Positions 42,968 to 55,836 are shown, numbered from the stretch's first letter. The stretch is 64,000 nucleotides of DNA from an uncultured Gammaproteobacteria bacterium (GCA_963764725.1 CAVXTM010000011.1:128001-192000), one strand, 5' to 3'. Program-made: numbers and translations. The notes: generated by a model not told the origin, from the sequence alone.

Positions 42968-43960
42968 GGGTCATTGCTTGACTTTGCACTCCGTGCGTTG
43001 CCATCATTACTGCCATGGCAAGGCAATTACGGTTGGAATTTCCAGGTGCGCTATACCATTTGACGGCGAGAGGGAATGCTCGAGAGGCGATTTATCGGGA
43101 TGAGGTGGATCGCAAACTATTCGTGGCACTGCTTGGGCAAGAGATCGAGCAGCAGGGATGGCAATGCTATGCCTATTGTCTGATGGACAATCACTACCAT
43201 CTCTTGATCGAGACGCCTGAGCTGAATCTCAGCCGCGGAATGCGTCGCCTCAATCAAGTCTATACCCAAGCCTATAACCGGCGGCATGGCCGGGTCGGTC
43301 ATGTGCTACAGGGACGGTTCAAGAGCATCGTGGTGGACAAAGACCCGTATCTCTTGGAGTTATCTCGCTATATCGTGCTCAATCCGGTTCGGGCGGGTAT
43401 GACCACCTCCGTGAGGGCATGGCGCTGGAGCAGCTATCGAGCTTATGGCGGGGTTTGTGTCGCCGCCCGCTTGGCTGCAGGTAACGGCGGTTCTACAGCT
43501 ATTCGATAGCAACGTGTCGGAAGCGCAACGGGCCTACCGCAAATTTGTCGCAGACGGAAAGGGTAAAGGTTCGCCGTGGGAGCAGTTGCGGGGGCAGATC
43601 TTTCTCGGGGATGACGCGTTCTTGGACCGTATGGATCGGCTTCTTCAAGGAAGACCGCTGGACAACGTGCCACGGTGTCAATCACACCCGGCACGCTTGG
43701 ATAAGGAAACGATTTTGGAGGGTGTTGGACGAGTCTACGAGTTATCTGTCGGTGACATCCTAGCGCGCCAGCATCCGGAGGCGTACCAGATTGCCGCCTG
43801 GCTGCTTCGGCGTAAAGCCAATCTGCCGCTTGGGGAGGTGGCCGCGCTCTTTGACGTATCGGCATCGCGGATTTCGCACATTCAACGTCTAATTGAAGGA
43901 AGGCAAGCTTCTGCACGGGAACTGGACGTTATAACCTTATGTAATACCAAGCAATGACCC
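42968..43960 (+). mobile_element. TIR-flanked RAYT-like HUH (Y1) transposase (TIRYT type); CDS 43015-43957 with a frameshift at ~43444
   Basis: MARQLR..GALYHLTARGN, MDNHYHL (HUH), GHVLQGRFKS, YIVLNPVRAG, WSSY and a C-terminal HTH; perfect 13-bp IRs GGGTCATTGCTTG / CAAGCAATGACCC. Confidence 0.85.
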
Positions 43961-43977
43961 CTTTTTCTTTTCTTCGT

Positions 43978-44117
43978 TCTCGTGAGGCCGTGCGTTCGAC
44001 GCACCGGCGCGGCCGTTTCACATCGACGCCTGGGTCGTGTTTCCGGATAACAGGCACTGTGTTTGGACTCTACCTCCCAGAGACGCTGACTTCTCTAATC
44101 GCTGGAAATCGATTTAG
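43978..44117 (+). pseudogene. Fragment of a second, REP-class RAYT
   Basis: Reads RPFHIDAWVVFPDNRHCVWTLPPRDADFSNRWKSI (decayed HUH); not in the ORF track. Confidence 0.75.
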
Positions 44118-44545
44118 TCGAATGGGATCACATCGAATCCAATGGCGTGTGCTGCCCCGATCATGATCCGGTCTGCTGTCACTAAACGTTCCACACCAAG
44201 ACGCCGGGCGATGCTCAGGTGTAGGGCATCCAACGTCCTTAGCGGATGGGCGGAGACGAGAGTCAACAAGGTAAGAGCTCCAAGGACACTTTCCTCGTCA
44301 ACCGGGTGCCTAATCAAGAACCCGTGACTTATATCATCCTGGAGAGTGGCATAAACCTGCTGCTCGATTTCGTCGGAAATTTCGTGGTTGCGTCTTCGCC
44401 TCGCAAGCAGGCAGCGCATTTCAACGACGGTGAGTGTGCTAATGTGGGTTTCCGGTTCAGCCTGCATCCATGCGGCGAACTCTTCGGAGCGCGCCTCGTT
44501 AAGATACCATTTCGCCAGCACGGAAGTGTTGACGTAAGCCGTCAC
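44114..44545 (-). CDS. VapC PIN toxin
   Basis: YVNTSVLAKWY..E, LRTLDALHL, TAD; first catalytic Asp appears as Asn. Confidence 0.88.
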   Translation of the reverse strand: MTAYVNTSVLAKWYLNEARSEEFAAWMQAEPETHISTLTVVEMRCLLARRRRNHEISDEIEQQVYATLQDDISHGFLIRHPVDEESVLGALTLLTLVSAHPLRTLDALHLSIARRLGVERLVTADRIMIGAAHAIGFDVIPFD

Positions 44546-44772
44546 TAGCGCCCATCTCGGTCGTCGCGCACAAGGGTTTGGCTTGGCGTGGAAAGCCGCT
44601 GCATCTTTGCACGTAATTCGGCATGGCTTGGTCTGGTTTGTGACCCACGCATAGGCAATAAGCGGGCAATTGGAACGCCGCGCCGGGTCACAAGAATCTC
44701 CCCTTCCGTCTTGACCAGTTGGTCAAGACTGCCCAAATTTTCCCGCATCTCACGAATAGTTAATTCTCGCAT
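44545..44772 (-). CDS. Phd/YefM antitoxin
   Basis: LTIREMR..GEILVTRRGVPIARLLP. Confidence 0.85.
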   Translation of the reverse strand: MRELTIREMRENLGSLDQLVKTEGEILVTRRGVPIARLLPMRGSQTRPSHAELRAKMQRLSTPSQTLVRDDRDGR

Positions 44773-45197
44773 CTAAATTTTCTCATTAATGTGCCACAAA
44801 AATTAGCATTGTAGCACAACGCGCTTGCGAATTGTCAGCGGCGCCATGAATATGTATTGAAATCGCCGGGATAAGAATAGGCGGGAAAAGTGGCTGTAGG
44901 GCCAGAGATCGGCAACATAACCAGTACGGCTTGAGACGACCCAGCATTGTGTTGCACTTGATTTTCGACTCCAAAGCAGTGGGGATCGGCGAAGTACGCC
45001 GTCACCTCGGTGCTCTGAGTAAGCTCGCGATTACTGAATCTATCGATGCTCTTCGCGAAATGAGCGGTACGGCGGTCGCTGCTTACTGAAGCTAGAATGT
45101 GCTTGGCTTTACAGGCCGGTCCGCAGGCGTTACGCCGATTCCGACGGATCCCGCGTGAGCGCCTCGTTCAGGTCCTGCGAGCGCATCGTTGCCGGAC

Positions 45198-45226
45198 TTG
45201 ACATCAGGTGCTATGCGTCATAGCAT
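45198..45226 (+). promoter_or_regulatory. Sigma70 promoter overlapping a palindromic TA operator
   Basis: TTGACA-17 nt-TAGCAT; TGCTATG-CGT-CATAGCA palindrome; ATG 8 nt downstream (near-leaderless). Confidence 0.75.
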
Positions 45227-45234
45227 CACGCATC

Positions 45235-45474
45235 ATGCGCACGACCATCGATATTGACGATCCGATCCTGAAAGAGGTCAAGCGGCTCCAGCGGCGCGAA
45301 GGCAAGTCGCTTGGCCGGCTCGTGTCGGACCTGTTGGCACAGTCGCTTGCCGATCAGCGCAGGACGCCAAAGCGCGAGCCGCAGTTCCGCTGGATCGCCA
45401 AGCCCATGGGCGCGCGCGTGGACCTCGGCGACAAGGACGCGCTGCTCGATTCGATGGACGACGTGCCCCGATGA
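45235..45474 (+). CDS. VapB (RHH) antitoxin
   Basis: MRTTIDIDD..VDLGDKDAL. Confidence 0.88.
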   Translation: MRTTIDIDDPILKEVKRLQRREGKSLGRLVSDLLAQSLADQRRTPKREPQFRWIAKPMGARVDLGDKDALLDSMDDVPR

Positions 45475-45905
45475 GCTTCGGGATCGATATTAACATCTTG
45501 CTCTACGCATCGGATAAAAGCAGTCCGCTGCATGACAAGGCGGCTGAGTTCCTGCACCAATGCGCAGGCGGCCGCGAGGTTTTCTGTCTGGCTTGGTTGA
45601 CCCTGATGAGCTATATGCGGATGGCCACCCATCCGGCGATCTTCGATCGACCGCTGGCCCATGAAGACGCAGCCCGCAATGTCGAGGCACTGTTGGCTAC
45701 CCCATCTTGCCGTGTGATCGCAGAGGAAGAGGGGTTCTGGGACGTCTACCGCGAGGTGACGAAAGACGTACCCACGAAGGGCAACTTGGTGCCGGACGCC
45801 CATTTGGCTGCGCTACTGAGCCAGCATGGCGTGGTGAAGCTCTACACCCATGACAGGGATTTCAGGAAATTCTCGTTTCTGGATGTACGTGATCCGCTGG
45901 TTTGA
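45471..45905 (+). CDS. VapC PIN toxin
   Basis: IDINILLYA, GNLVPDAHLAAL, THDRDF. Confidence 0.92.
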   Translation: MSFGIDINILLYASDKSSPLHDKAAEFLHQCAGGREVFCLAWLTLMSYMRMATHPAIFDRPLAHEDAARNVEALLATPSCRVIAEEEGFWDVYREVTKDVPTKGNLVPDAHLAALLSQHGVVKLYTHDRDFRKFSFLDVRDPLV

Positions 45906-46004
45906 GGGGATCCTTTAGGGCCAGACTCCACTTATTATATGGCGCCCGCCAGCTGGACGGCGTCCCCATGTGCGAAGGATGGCATGTTGAGATTTCAGGC
46001 GGTA

Positions 46005-46031
46005 GGATATACAATTAATTAATGTATATCC
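46005..46031. promoter_or_regulatory. Palindromic operator of the AbrB-VapC pair
   Basis: GGATATACA-9 nt-TGTATATCC. Confidence 0.7.
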
Positions 46032-46050
46032 GCTGACGTGGAGTAAGGAG

Positions 46051-46284
46051 ATGCAAGTTTCCAAGTGGGGTAATAGCCTAGCGGTGCGTTTGCCTGCCTC
46101 TGTTGTCGAAGTGCTTGGACTCAGAGAAGGCGATGATATTGAAATCCACGTCGTGGGGACACGTGTTCTCGAGATCATAAAAACGCCCGATGCCCGCTCA
46201 GTGCTCGCGCGCCTGAGGAAATATCGAGGGCGGCTCCCCGCCGACTTCAAGTTTGACCGGCTTGAGGCCCATGAACGGCGCTAA
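46051..46284 (+). CDS. AbrB/MazE antitoxin
   Basis: MQVSKWGNSLAVRLP. Confidence 0.92.
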   Translation: MQVSKWGNSLAVRLPASVVEVLGLREGDDIEIHVVGTRVLEIIKTPDARSVLARLRKYRGRLPADFKFDRLEAHERR

Positions 46285-46678
46285 GGTGTTCCTCGATACC
46301 AACGTCCTGCTGTATCTATTGTCCGGAGACGAGGCCAAGGCCGAGAGGGCGGAGGAGACGATTGCCGGGGGAGGCGTCATCAGTGTGCAAGTGCTCAATG
46401 AATTTGCCAGTGTGGCGAGGCGCAAGCTCGGGATGTCATGGGTTGAGATCCGGGATATATCGGCTCACATACGCACGGTGTGCACGGTCGGGCCGATGAC
46501 CTTAGAAGTGCATGACCGTGGTCTGCGTCTGGCGGAAGACCACGGATTCTCCGTCCACGATGCCATGATCGTTTCCGCAGCGCTGCTAACCGGATGCGCA
46601 ACACTCTATTCCGACGATATGCAGGACGGCCAGGTCATCGATGGTCGGCTGACTATTCGTAACCCCTTTTGGGGATAA
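46271..46678 (+). CDS. VapC PIN toxin
   Basis: FLDTNVLLY, ISVQVLNEF, DAMIV, LYSDDMQDG. Confidence 0.92.
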   Translation: MNGAKVFLDTNVLLYLLSGDEAKAERAEETIAGGGVISVQVLNEFASVARRKLGMSWVEIRDISAHIRTVCTVGPMTLEVHDRGLRLAEDHGFSVHDAMIVSAALLTGCATLYSDDMQDGQVIDGRLTIRNPFWG

Positions 46679-46802
46679 GTAGGTCAGACTCCACTTATTG
46701 CTATCGGTGTGTTAGACGTGTCGTTGACTCGATGAGTTTATGAGGTAAGGACGGGGTTCCGCCGCGATGTATCCGCGGCACCTTCCTTTGGTGTTTCATG
46801 AA

Positions 46803-49447
46803 ATGACCGTGATCCCCGTCATAGTTGAGCAGCATGCTGAAGAAGCTGCGTTTCTCTGGATGCTCCGGGATGCCGCGGTGCGCGCACCGCATTACCGCTT
46901 GAAGGACCTCGCCAAGCTGGATAACCGCGTGGAGGCGCATATCGACGGCTTGCGCATCGCCGGGGAAGAAGGGTGGCGGCTCTGCAAGGAGGGTTTACAG
47001 AGCGGCGAGGCCGGCGAGGTATTCGCCGCGGCGGTGCTGGCTTTTGAAGAGCAAAATGGTGAACGCATCGATAAGCTGGTTACGGTAGCCAGACAATCCG
47101 ACAAGGCCTTCCGAGGACTGGTTTCTGCGCTTGGTTGGATTCCGCATGCTGATCTGCAGGAGGTGCTGCCGCAATTACTTAGCGCGAATGCCCTGATCTA
47201 TCGTCGTCTTGGCATCTCCGCCTGCGCGATCCAGCGAAAAGATCCCGGTGATGCGTTAATTTCCGCGCTGAAAGATCCGGATTCAAAATTAAGGCTCATC
47301 GTGAAAGTGAGTGGGTAGAAAATGGTGTTTTCACAGTACCGGCAGCATGCAGGTAAGCACCTTGAGGCGCAGGTAATCCTCGTCGCGGAGTCCGTAGGCG
47401 CGGCGCTGGATGACGCGGATCTTGTTGTTGAGTCCTTCGACGAATCCGAGAGAGATCTTGTTCTCTGGTTTGCAATAAGCAGCGATCCCATCCCAATGGC
47501 GCTCGATCATCTCGGCGAATTTCTCGTACGGTTTCAGACGCTGCCATTTAAGCGCGTTACGCCAGTTCTCGAAGAAACGTCGCGCCCACGCTTCACGCTC
47601 GTAGCTCCACAATTGGCCGAAAGATTCCTTGAGCAGATAAGCAGTGTTCAGCCGCTTGTTGGCGGCGAGGAGCCTCTTCAAGGCAGCTCGACCATCGAGG
47701 GTCAGATTCTCCCGCCGGGAGAGCAGGGTATATTTTTGGCCCTTGATGTAGGTACGTTTCTCGCCGCTGAGTCGGGCGTACTCCCCCTTGCGGACCTTAT
47801 CGAGCGCTTCGCCCAGATGACGCGTCACGTGAAATTTGTCGAACAGGATAGCCGCCTGGGGCGCTTGTTCTCTGGTGCTGTTGCGAAACGGCTTCCACAT
47901 ATCCATCACAGCCAAGCGCACCCCCTTGGTTTTACGCGGCCCCAGCCATTTGAAGAATTCGTCCATGCTGGCCTGAGAGCGGTCAGTCCCGCCAAACCAG
48001 ATCGGTCGGCCACGGAGGAGATCGCTGACCACGATGCGATAGGTGTGACCTTTGCGGATGGCGATCTCATCGATGCCGATAACCGCAGGTCCTGGCCGGC
48101 CAGCCCGTGCAAGCTGCGCACCCATGTATTGCTTGTCCAACTCCTTGACCGTCTGCCAGTCGAGATCCAACTCATCGGCCACCGCCTTGATGGTGCTCGT
48201 GCGCCAGCGCCGCCCGACGTAGAAAGCAAAGCGCTTGGTGTAGAAAGGGTTGTCGGCCAGAAAGTCCAGACGCTCGCGCTTCACCTTGCCGCACTGCCGG
48301 CAATCCACACGCCGGACCTCCAACTCCAGCCGCACGTGCGTATCCCCGCAGGAGAGATCTCGAACCTGCCGCAGCTTCTTGTCGTACCAACCGCGATGCA
48401 ACGTACCGCAGACTCCACAGCGTGTTTTTTTGAGCGTCGTACGAGCGTGACGATGCGCACCTTCGGTTCCCCGAAAACCCCGCGTACCGTTGCTTGTGGA
48501 CGAAAGCCGTCAAAGGCGTATGTGTCGGTGAGACGACGAGAGCGTTTGCGTTGGGTAGCCATCGCCACAGCATGCCAGAAATTACCGTCCCTTCAACCGG
48601 GCGTAATCCCTTGCGGAGCAAGCCTTGCAGCGTGATCATGGAAACAAAATTACCCACACGTTTTCACGAAGACCCAAAATTAAAGGCGAGAGCGCTGCGT
48701 GCGGCTGGGGAGTTGGGGCGGCGTGATCTGGCCCGCGAGGTTCAAGAAAATATCAAGGCGGAAGACGAAGACATCCGCTTCTGGGCGGCATGGTCTTGCG
48801 TGTTAATCGGAGTACGATCGGCAGTCTCTGTGCTAACCGACTTCGCAAAACGTGACACACCGTTTCGCGAGCGCGCCATGCAGATCGCACTGAGAGTGAT
48901 GGATAACCAGAGTGTGCAAGCATTTTTGAAAGGCATCGCTGGAAACTCTGCGCTACATCGTTACGTCCTGATGGGGGCTGGCATTGCCGGCGATCCGTTT
49001 TATGTGCCGTCGCTGATTAAGAAAATGGGCGTACCGGAACTAGCGAGAACCGCGGGTGAAGCTTTTAGCACGATCACAGGCCTGGACTTGGCCTATGACG
49101 ATCTGGAGGGCGAACGACCGGAGGGCTTCGCGGCAGGTCCGAGCGAAAACCCCGAGGACGAGGAGGTCGCAATGGATGCGGATGAGGATCTTCCCTGGCC
49201 CGACCAGAAACTAGTGCAGGTATGGTGGGAGAAGAACAAGGACCGCTTTAAACCTGGCGCGCGCTACCTCTGCGGATACCCGATTAGCATCGAGCAATGT
49301 CGACACGTCTTGAAGACAGGATACCAGCGTCAGCGCTTAGCGGCCGCTTTGGAACTTACAGTAAGGCAACCGGAGCAACCGTTATACAATACATCCGCAC
49401 CGGGGTTTCGTCAGCAAAAGAACTTGAACAGTGGAATGATCCGGTAG
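46803..49447 (+). pseudogene. TIGR02270-family HEAT-repeat protein (T6SS-linked) interrupted by ISL3
   Basis: IVEQHAEEAAFLW..LDNRVEAHIDGL..AGEAFSTITG..DEDLPWPD; the frame is restored on removing the IS and one TSD. Confidence 0.85.
47293..48675 (-). mobile_element. ISL3-family element (transposase 47331-48568 via -1 frameshift)
   Basis: 25-bp imperfect IRs GGCTCATCGTGAAA../GGGTCTTCGTGAAA..; 8-bp TSD AAAATTAA (47285-92, 48676-83); IGIDE, MDMW, DKFH, EGLNNKI. Confidence 0.95.
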
Positions 49448-50535
49448 TATGCACGACCTGCCGCGCGGAGAAAGCATGGGTGGCACAGGATGTCTAGAGC
49501 TATTCTCGCAGTTGTAGCTGGTGTTGTGATTGGTGGGTTTTGCGTGGAGCGAACCCTCGCGCAAGGCCAGCTTGTCTTGTTTACCGTGGAAGAAGCCAAG
49601 CGCCTGCGTCACACCGACCGAGAATGGAACGCCTCTGCGGAAATCCTGGAGTTTAGTCCCTTATCCATGAAATCTTGTGCAAAAAAGCAAAGAGTGTCAT
49701 GCATGAGCGGTATTGAGAGCAGGCATGACTACATACTCCCGGATAGCGAGTGCGGTGCTGAGCACACGACGACCGAATGTCGTGAGGTAGTACTTGTAGC
49801 GATGTCCAATCTTTTTGATGAGGCCATGGGTGCGCAAGCGTTTCAACCAGTAGGAGGCACGGCCGGTGGAGAGATCCCGGAGATGGGCTCGGAGATCGGA
49901 GGCGCGAAAGCCGCTGATGTTCCACTCCCCGCGGGCGAGGGTAATAAAAAGGCTATGATCTTCACCGAGGAAGAGATTGAAGCCCCGATAGGAGCGGTCT
50001 TTCTCTCGTACAGGTTTGGCCATTTTGTCGATGGCGTGCAGAGCTGCATTGGGGTTATCGATGCTGGCCATGAAGCTGAGATAGCGTTCATTGGCAGCAT
50101 GCATCAGCTCTCGCAGATCGGGGAGGCTATAGATGTTTTTTCGCAGGGGTGCGAGTTTGAATTGCTTGCGCCCATTGCGTTGTTCCACCCAACGGTGGTG
50201 TTTGAAGAAGGAGACATCGTTGGCGGTGCATTCCACCCGAGCCATGAGACTGAATTTATCGTAGAGCTTGAGGCTTGCTGGTCCCATATGATGGCGGATG
50301 CGTGTACCCTGAATGCGGGTGTGAAAATCGTTACCGGCCTCCCCGCTGAAGGCCGAGGTGAGTTTGCGTCCCAAGAAGGTGGCGACGTGTTCTGCCTTGA
50401 GGGCATGCACGGCGGTACGCACGATGGCTTGATAGAGGGGTTGGAAATCGGCTTGGCGGTGGAAGATGACATCGGTCGAGAAAGCCAGGGCCAGGGAGTG
50501 GCCCTGCTTGGCGCGCCGAGCAACTGTCTTAAAAG

Positions 50536-51640
<1,105 letters not shown>

Positions 51641-53077
51641 AACGAAATAATAAAAATCCATAAAAAGAAGTACAAGGATGCAACTCCACCTGCATGAAGC
51701 TCCAGTGATAACCAGCGCGAAACTGACCCAAGATAGGACAGAAGCTTTTCGCCCATCGGTCCAAACGCCGATGCAAGCCTTTGGGATCGAGGCTATCGGC
51801 AAGCGCCTGAGCCTGTTGGGGATCGCCGATGGACAAGAAGGCATTATCGGCGCGCTCAAAGGCGATCCCTGTCTTGGTCAGTCGTTGGGCTAACCAGTGA
51901 TGGCCGTTCAAATAGACCTGCAGGCGAAACGGTGCCCAGGTGGGTACTCGGACATAACAGAGCCCGAAGATCTCATCGATGAAATAGAAGTAATAATGCA
52001 AACACTTGCCCGGGGTAGACTTCAAACGGGTCGTATGCTGAAGCTTGTCATGCCAGGGGCGATACGAAGGACAGGCCTCCATCGCCGAGAAGATATGCAC
52101 CAGCCCCGGGTGCTCACCGCGCAAAGCCAAAATCGCTTTGATCCGTTCTTCTTTACGAAACGCCTTGTAATGGCGGATGAATTCAATTTCCAACGAAGCC
52201 TCAGCGGCCAGCCGCTCGGCATGGGTCCGAAGCGCCTCGCGCAGCGGTTCCGCCCAGCGGGGGTAGTCAAACAGACGCATACCCCGGACACCCAAATATC
52301 GGGCCATGGCCTCGGCATGGGCGATCTCCGGAAGCGTGCCAGTGATCACGATGCGGTCAAAGCAACAAAGCACCGCGGCGATCTTCTCTTGATGGTGTTC
52401 GACAAAGGAGTTCATGGCGACGACCCATCTCAGTTCTTATTGCCCATCCGCCAGAATAGTACATTCAACACCTTGGTTCCGGCTTATGCCGGGTTAGGGG
52501 ATTAGCACACGGTCCCCGAATCTCCGTTAAGGCTCCGCGGGTTGAGAGCACAGCCGCTGGTGGCGTGATTCAAATGCGAACCCCAGGAGATCTTTGGGTG
52601 GAGTTCGAACAGGTTGGTGCGCCGGTGAACATGCATACTCTCGCGGTGCAGGCGCGTCGGGGGATGTTTTCAAAATCTCTCACCGATGTGTTCGAACCTT
52701 ATATTCAGGGCACGCGTTTGCGTGCGGAAAACGTGGAGCTACCAAGCGGTGCTTTCTCATCGAGATCAGCATCGCCGATGTCAATGGCACAGTGACTGTC
52801 GAGACCTATCGGTTGCAGGTCGATCCGAGCTGAACAGCATGCGAAAGCACCGTGCCCTGGCCAAGAGCCCAAGGTATGTTTTGCGGTTTTCTCTCGTCGA
52901 ACCGAAAGCTAGACTATAGCGAGACTTCGGCGAGCAAGTCTGTGTCTTGGTTACGCACCAATTCTAGCAGCTTGTCCTTGATGGGGTCAGATAAAGTTGC
53001 TATGCCTGTTAAATCGACCACCTCTTCGAAGGCCGGTGTACCGGAGAGTGCGGTGCTCTGAAGCTCTATAAACCCTG

Positions 53078-53546
53078 GGGCGTTTACCTCGGGGCCTGGG
53101 CTTCGAACGTGGATACGGCGACCTCGGACGGTGAGATCGAGATCGACTGGACCGGTGGCATCCGTGGTCAGCTCACGGACACTGGGATCGGTTGGGACAT
53201 CGGGGCCATCTACTACCACTTTCCCGGAGATGATCTCGATCCCGAGAAGGACTATGTAGAGGCCAAGTTCGGGCTGAACTACAAATTTCAAGGGATTCCG
53301 TTGGAGCCGGCGGCCTCAGTGACGGTTTACTACTCGCCCGATTTCTACGCCGAAACCGGCGATGCGGTTTACATCGACACCAGCTTGGGGCTTACCTTAC
53401 CCTTTGGAATCGGTCTGGGCTTCCATGTCGGCTATCAGGACGTCGATGAGGTTGACATCGCCGACCTCGATCTCGATGGCGATGCTAACGAGAGCTATGT
53501 CGATTGGCGCATCGGGCTCTCGAAAGAGATCTTGGGGATATCCTGA
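53078..53546 (+). pseudogene. Internal fragment of a TorF/TIGR02001-like outer-membrane porin
   Basis: YLGAWASNVD..EIEIDWTGG..WDIGAIYYHFPG..YYSPDF..YVDWRIGLSK; both ends missing. Confidence 0.7.
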
Positions 53547-53599
53547 GCAACGATCCCCAGTTGTGTGCCCGCCGCTGCACCTTACCGCTTTGCGACATC

Positions 53600-55785
53600 C
53601 CTGCCAAAAAGCCTCCGATCGCCACGAACAAAGCTCCGATCACCAAGAACGACACGGCGACCACGGCGCTGAATAAGCCCGTTCGTATCAACGTCATCGC
53701 CAACGATACGGATCGCGATGGCCGCATCGTCCCAAGCACGGTCAGCATCGTGACGAAACCTAAGCAGGGTAACGTAACGAACTACCGGAACGGCACGGTG
53801 ACGTACAGCCCGGCTCTGGGTTTCCGGGGTCGCGATAGCTTCCGCTACACTGCCAAGGACAACCGCGGCGCGACGTCGAACGTCGCCACGGTCACGGTGA
53901 CCGCGCTGCCGGGCAACGTGCAGCCGGCAAACGTGCCGCCAGTGGCCAAGAACGATAGCGCCGCGACATCGGTGAATACACCGGTTACAATCAACGTAGT
54001 CGCCAATGACACGGATGCCAACGGTAACCTACACCGGACGAGCGTTGCCGTCGTGGCCAATCCCGCGAACGGTGGGGTCGTCAAAAACGGCATTGGTACC
54101 GTTACCTATACGCCCAATTCGGGATTCTTCGGGACAGAACGCTTTACGTACAACGTCAAGGACACGCCCCAGGGCGCGCTATCGAATACCGCCACGGTGA
54201 CCGTGGGCGTCAACGCGGCGCCCACAGCCGACGCCGGCCCGGATGCGAACGCCGTGACCGGCCAGTCCGTGACGCTGGATGGATCGGCCTCCTCCGATCC
54301 CAACGGCAATATGATCACGTTCTCCTGGCGGTTCTTGAGCACGGCGCCGGGTAGTAACCTGGCGGATACCGATATCGTGAACCCCACGAGCCCCGCCCCG
54401 AGCTTCATGCCGGACGGGGACGGGGCCTATGAGCTCGAGCTTACCGTGACTGATCCAAGAGCGCTGTCGGACACCGATACCGTGCTCATCACGGCCGCGA
54501 CAGCCAACGTCGCGCCCAACGCCGATGCCGGCCTGAACCAGAATGCGGAAGTGCTGACGCTCGTAAACCTCGACGGCTCGGGCAGCAGTGATTCGGACAA
54601 CAGCCCGGCGACTCCATTGACGTTTCAGTGGAGCATTGTGAGCGTGCCGGTTGGGAGTGGGATCGACGAAACTGACCTGCAGCCGGATGCGAACAGCACG
54701 CAGCCGAGCTTCACTCCGGATGTTGATCGGGCTCTACCGCCTGACCCTCACCGTTTCCGACGGCGATCTCAGCGATTCCGACGACGTGGACATCACCGTC
54801 GCGTTACCGAACGTGCCGCCCAACGCCGACGCCGGATCGGACATCGTGGTACAGCTTGGGCCGCCTGCCGAAACCGCCACACTCAACGGCACAGGGAGCA
54901 ACGACCCGGACGCCGGCCCGGTGACTCCATTGACGTTCGAGTGGACCTTTGTCAGCGTGGCACCCGGCAGCTCGCTGACCAACGGCGACATTCAAAACGC
55001 GAACACGGACACGGCCAGCTTCACGCCGGATGCCGCGGGTGTGTACACCCTGCAGTTGCGTGTATTCGACGGTTTGGATGAAGGCTTCAATGCGGTCATG
55101 GTGACGGCCAATGCCGCACCGGTAGCCCTGGCCGATGCCTTCGACGTGGACGAGGATACGCCGCTCACACTGCCCGCACCCGGCGTGCTGGCCAACGACG
55201 CCGACGCGAACAGCGATCCCCTGATCGCGGTGCTGGACAGCGGGCCTACCAGCGCCCAATCCTTCACCCTGAACGCCGACGGCTTGTTCGACTACACGCC
55301 GAACGCCGACTTCACCGGCGACGACAGCTTCACCTACCACGCTAACGACGGCAGCGTCAACTCCAACGTGGCGACCGTGACCATAACGGTCAACCCCGCG
55401 AACGATGCGCCAGTGGCGGTGAACGACCCGTCCTATACCACCGATGAGGACGGTGGCGCTTTGGCGGGCACGAGCGTGCTCGCGAACGACACCGACGCGG
55501 AGAACGACACGCTGATCGCGATCCTCGATACCGGCCCGACCAACGCGAGTGCCTTCAACTTGAACGCGGACGGTACCTTCAGCTACACGCCGAACGCCGA
55601 CTTCTTCGGCACCGATACCTTCACCTACCACGCCAACGACGGCAATTCCGACTCCAACGTCGCGACGGTGACGATCACGGTCAATGAGGTCAACGACGCA
55701 CCGTCCTTCACGGCCGGTGGGAACCAGACGGTAAATGAAGGCGCCGGGCCACAAACGTTAAATCCCTGGGCGACCGCCATCGACG
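53600..55785 (+). pseudogene. Internal part of a large adhesin (Big_9/cadherin-like and PKD/K319-like repeats); frameshift ~54728, truncated
   Basis: PVAKND..VVANDTD..GTVTYTP, APTADAGPD, VLANDAD..DGTFSYTP..FTY repeats. Confidence 0.8.
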
Positions 55786-55836
55786 ACTCTCAACTTCTGT
55801 ATCGCGCTACAGGGGATTTTCCCGTCGCGGAACTAA
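55786..55836 (+). pseudogene. C-terminal remnant of tail-collar protein 1
   Basis: Encodes TLNFCIALQGIFPSRN*, like the ends of the two following paralogs. Confidence 0.8.

Noticed and set aside
41272-46700. Classical integron
   Set aside because: No intI, and no convincing RYYYAAC/GTTRRRY attC sites seen by eye; IntegronFinder would settle it.
47322-48635. 437-aa + strand ORF
   Set aside because: Antisense shadow of the ISL3 transposase.
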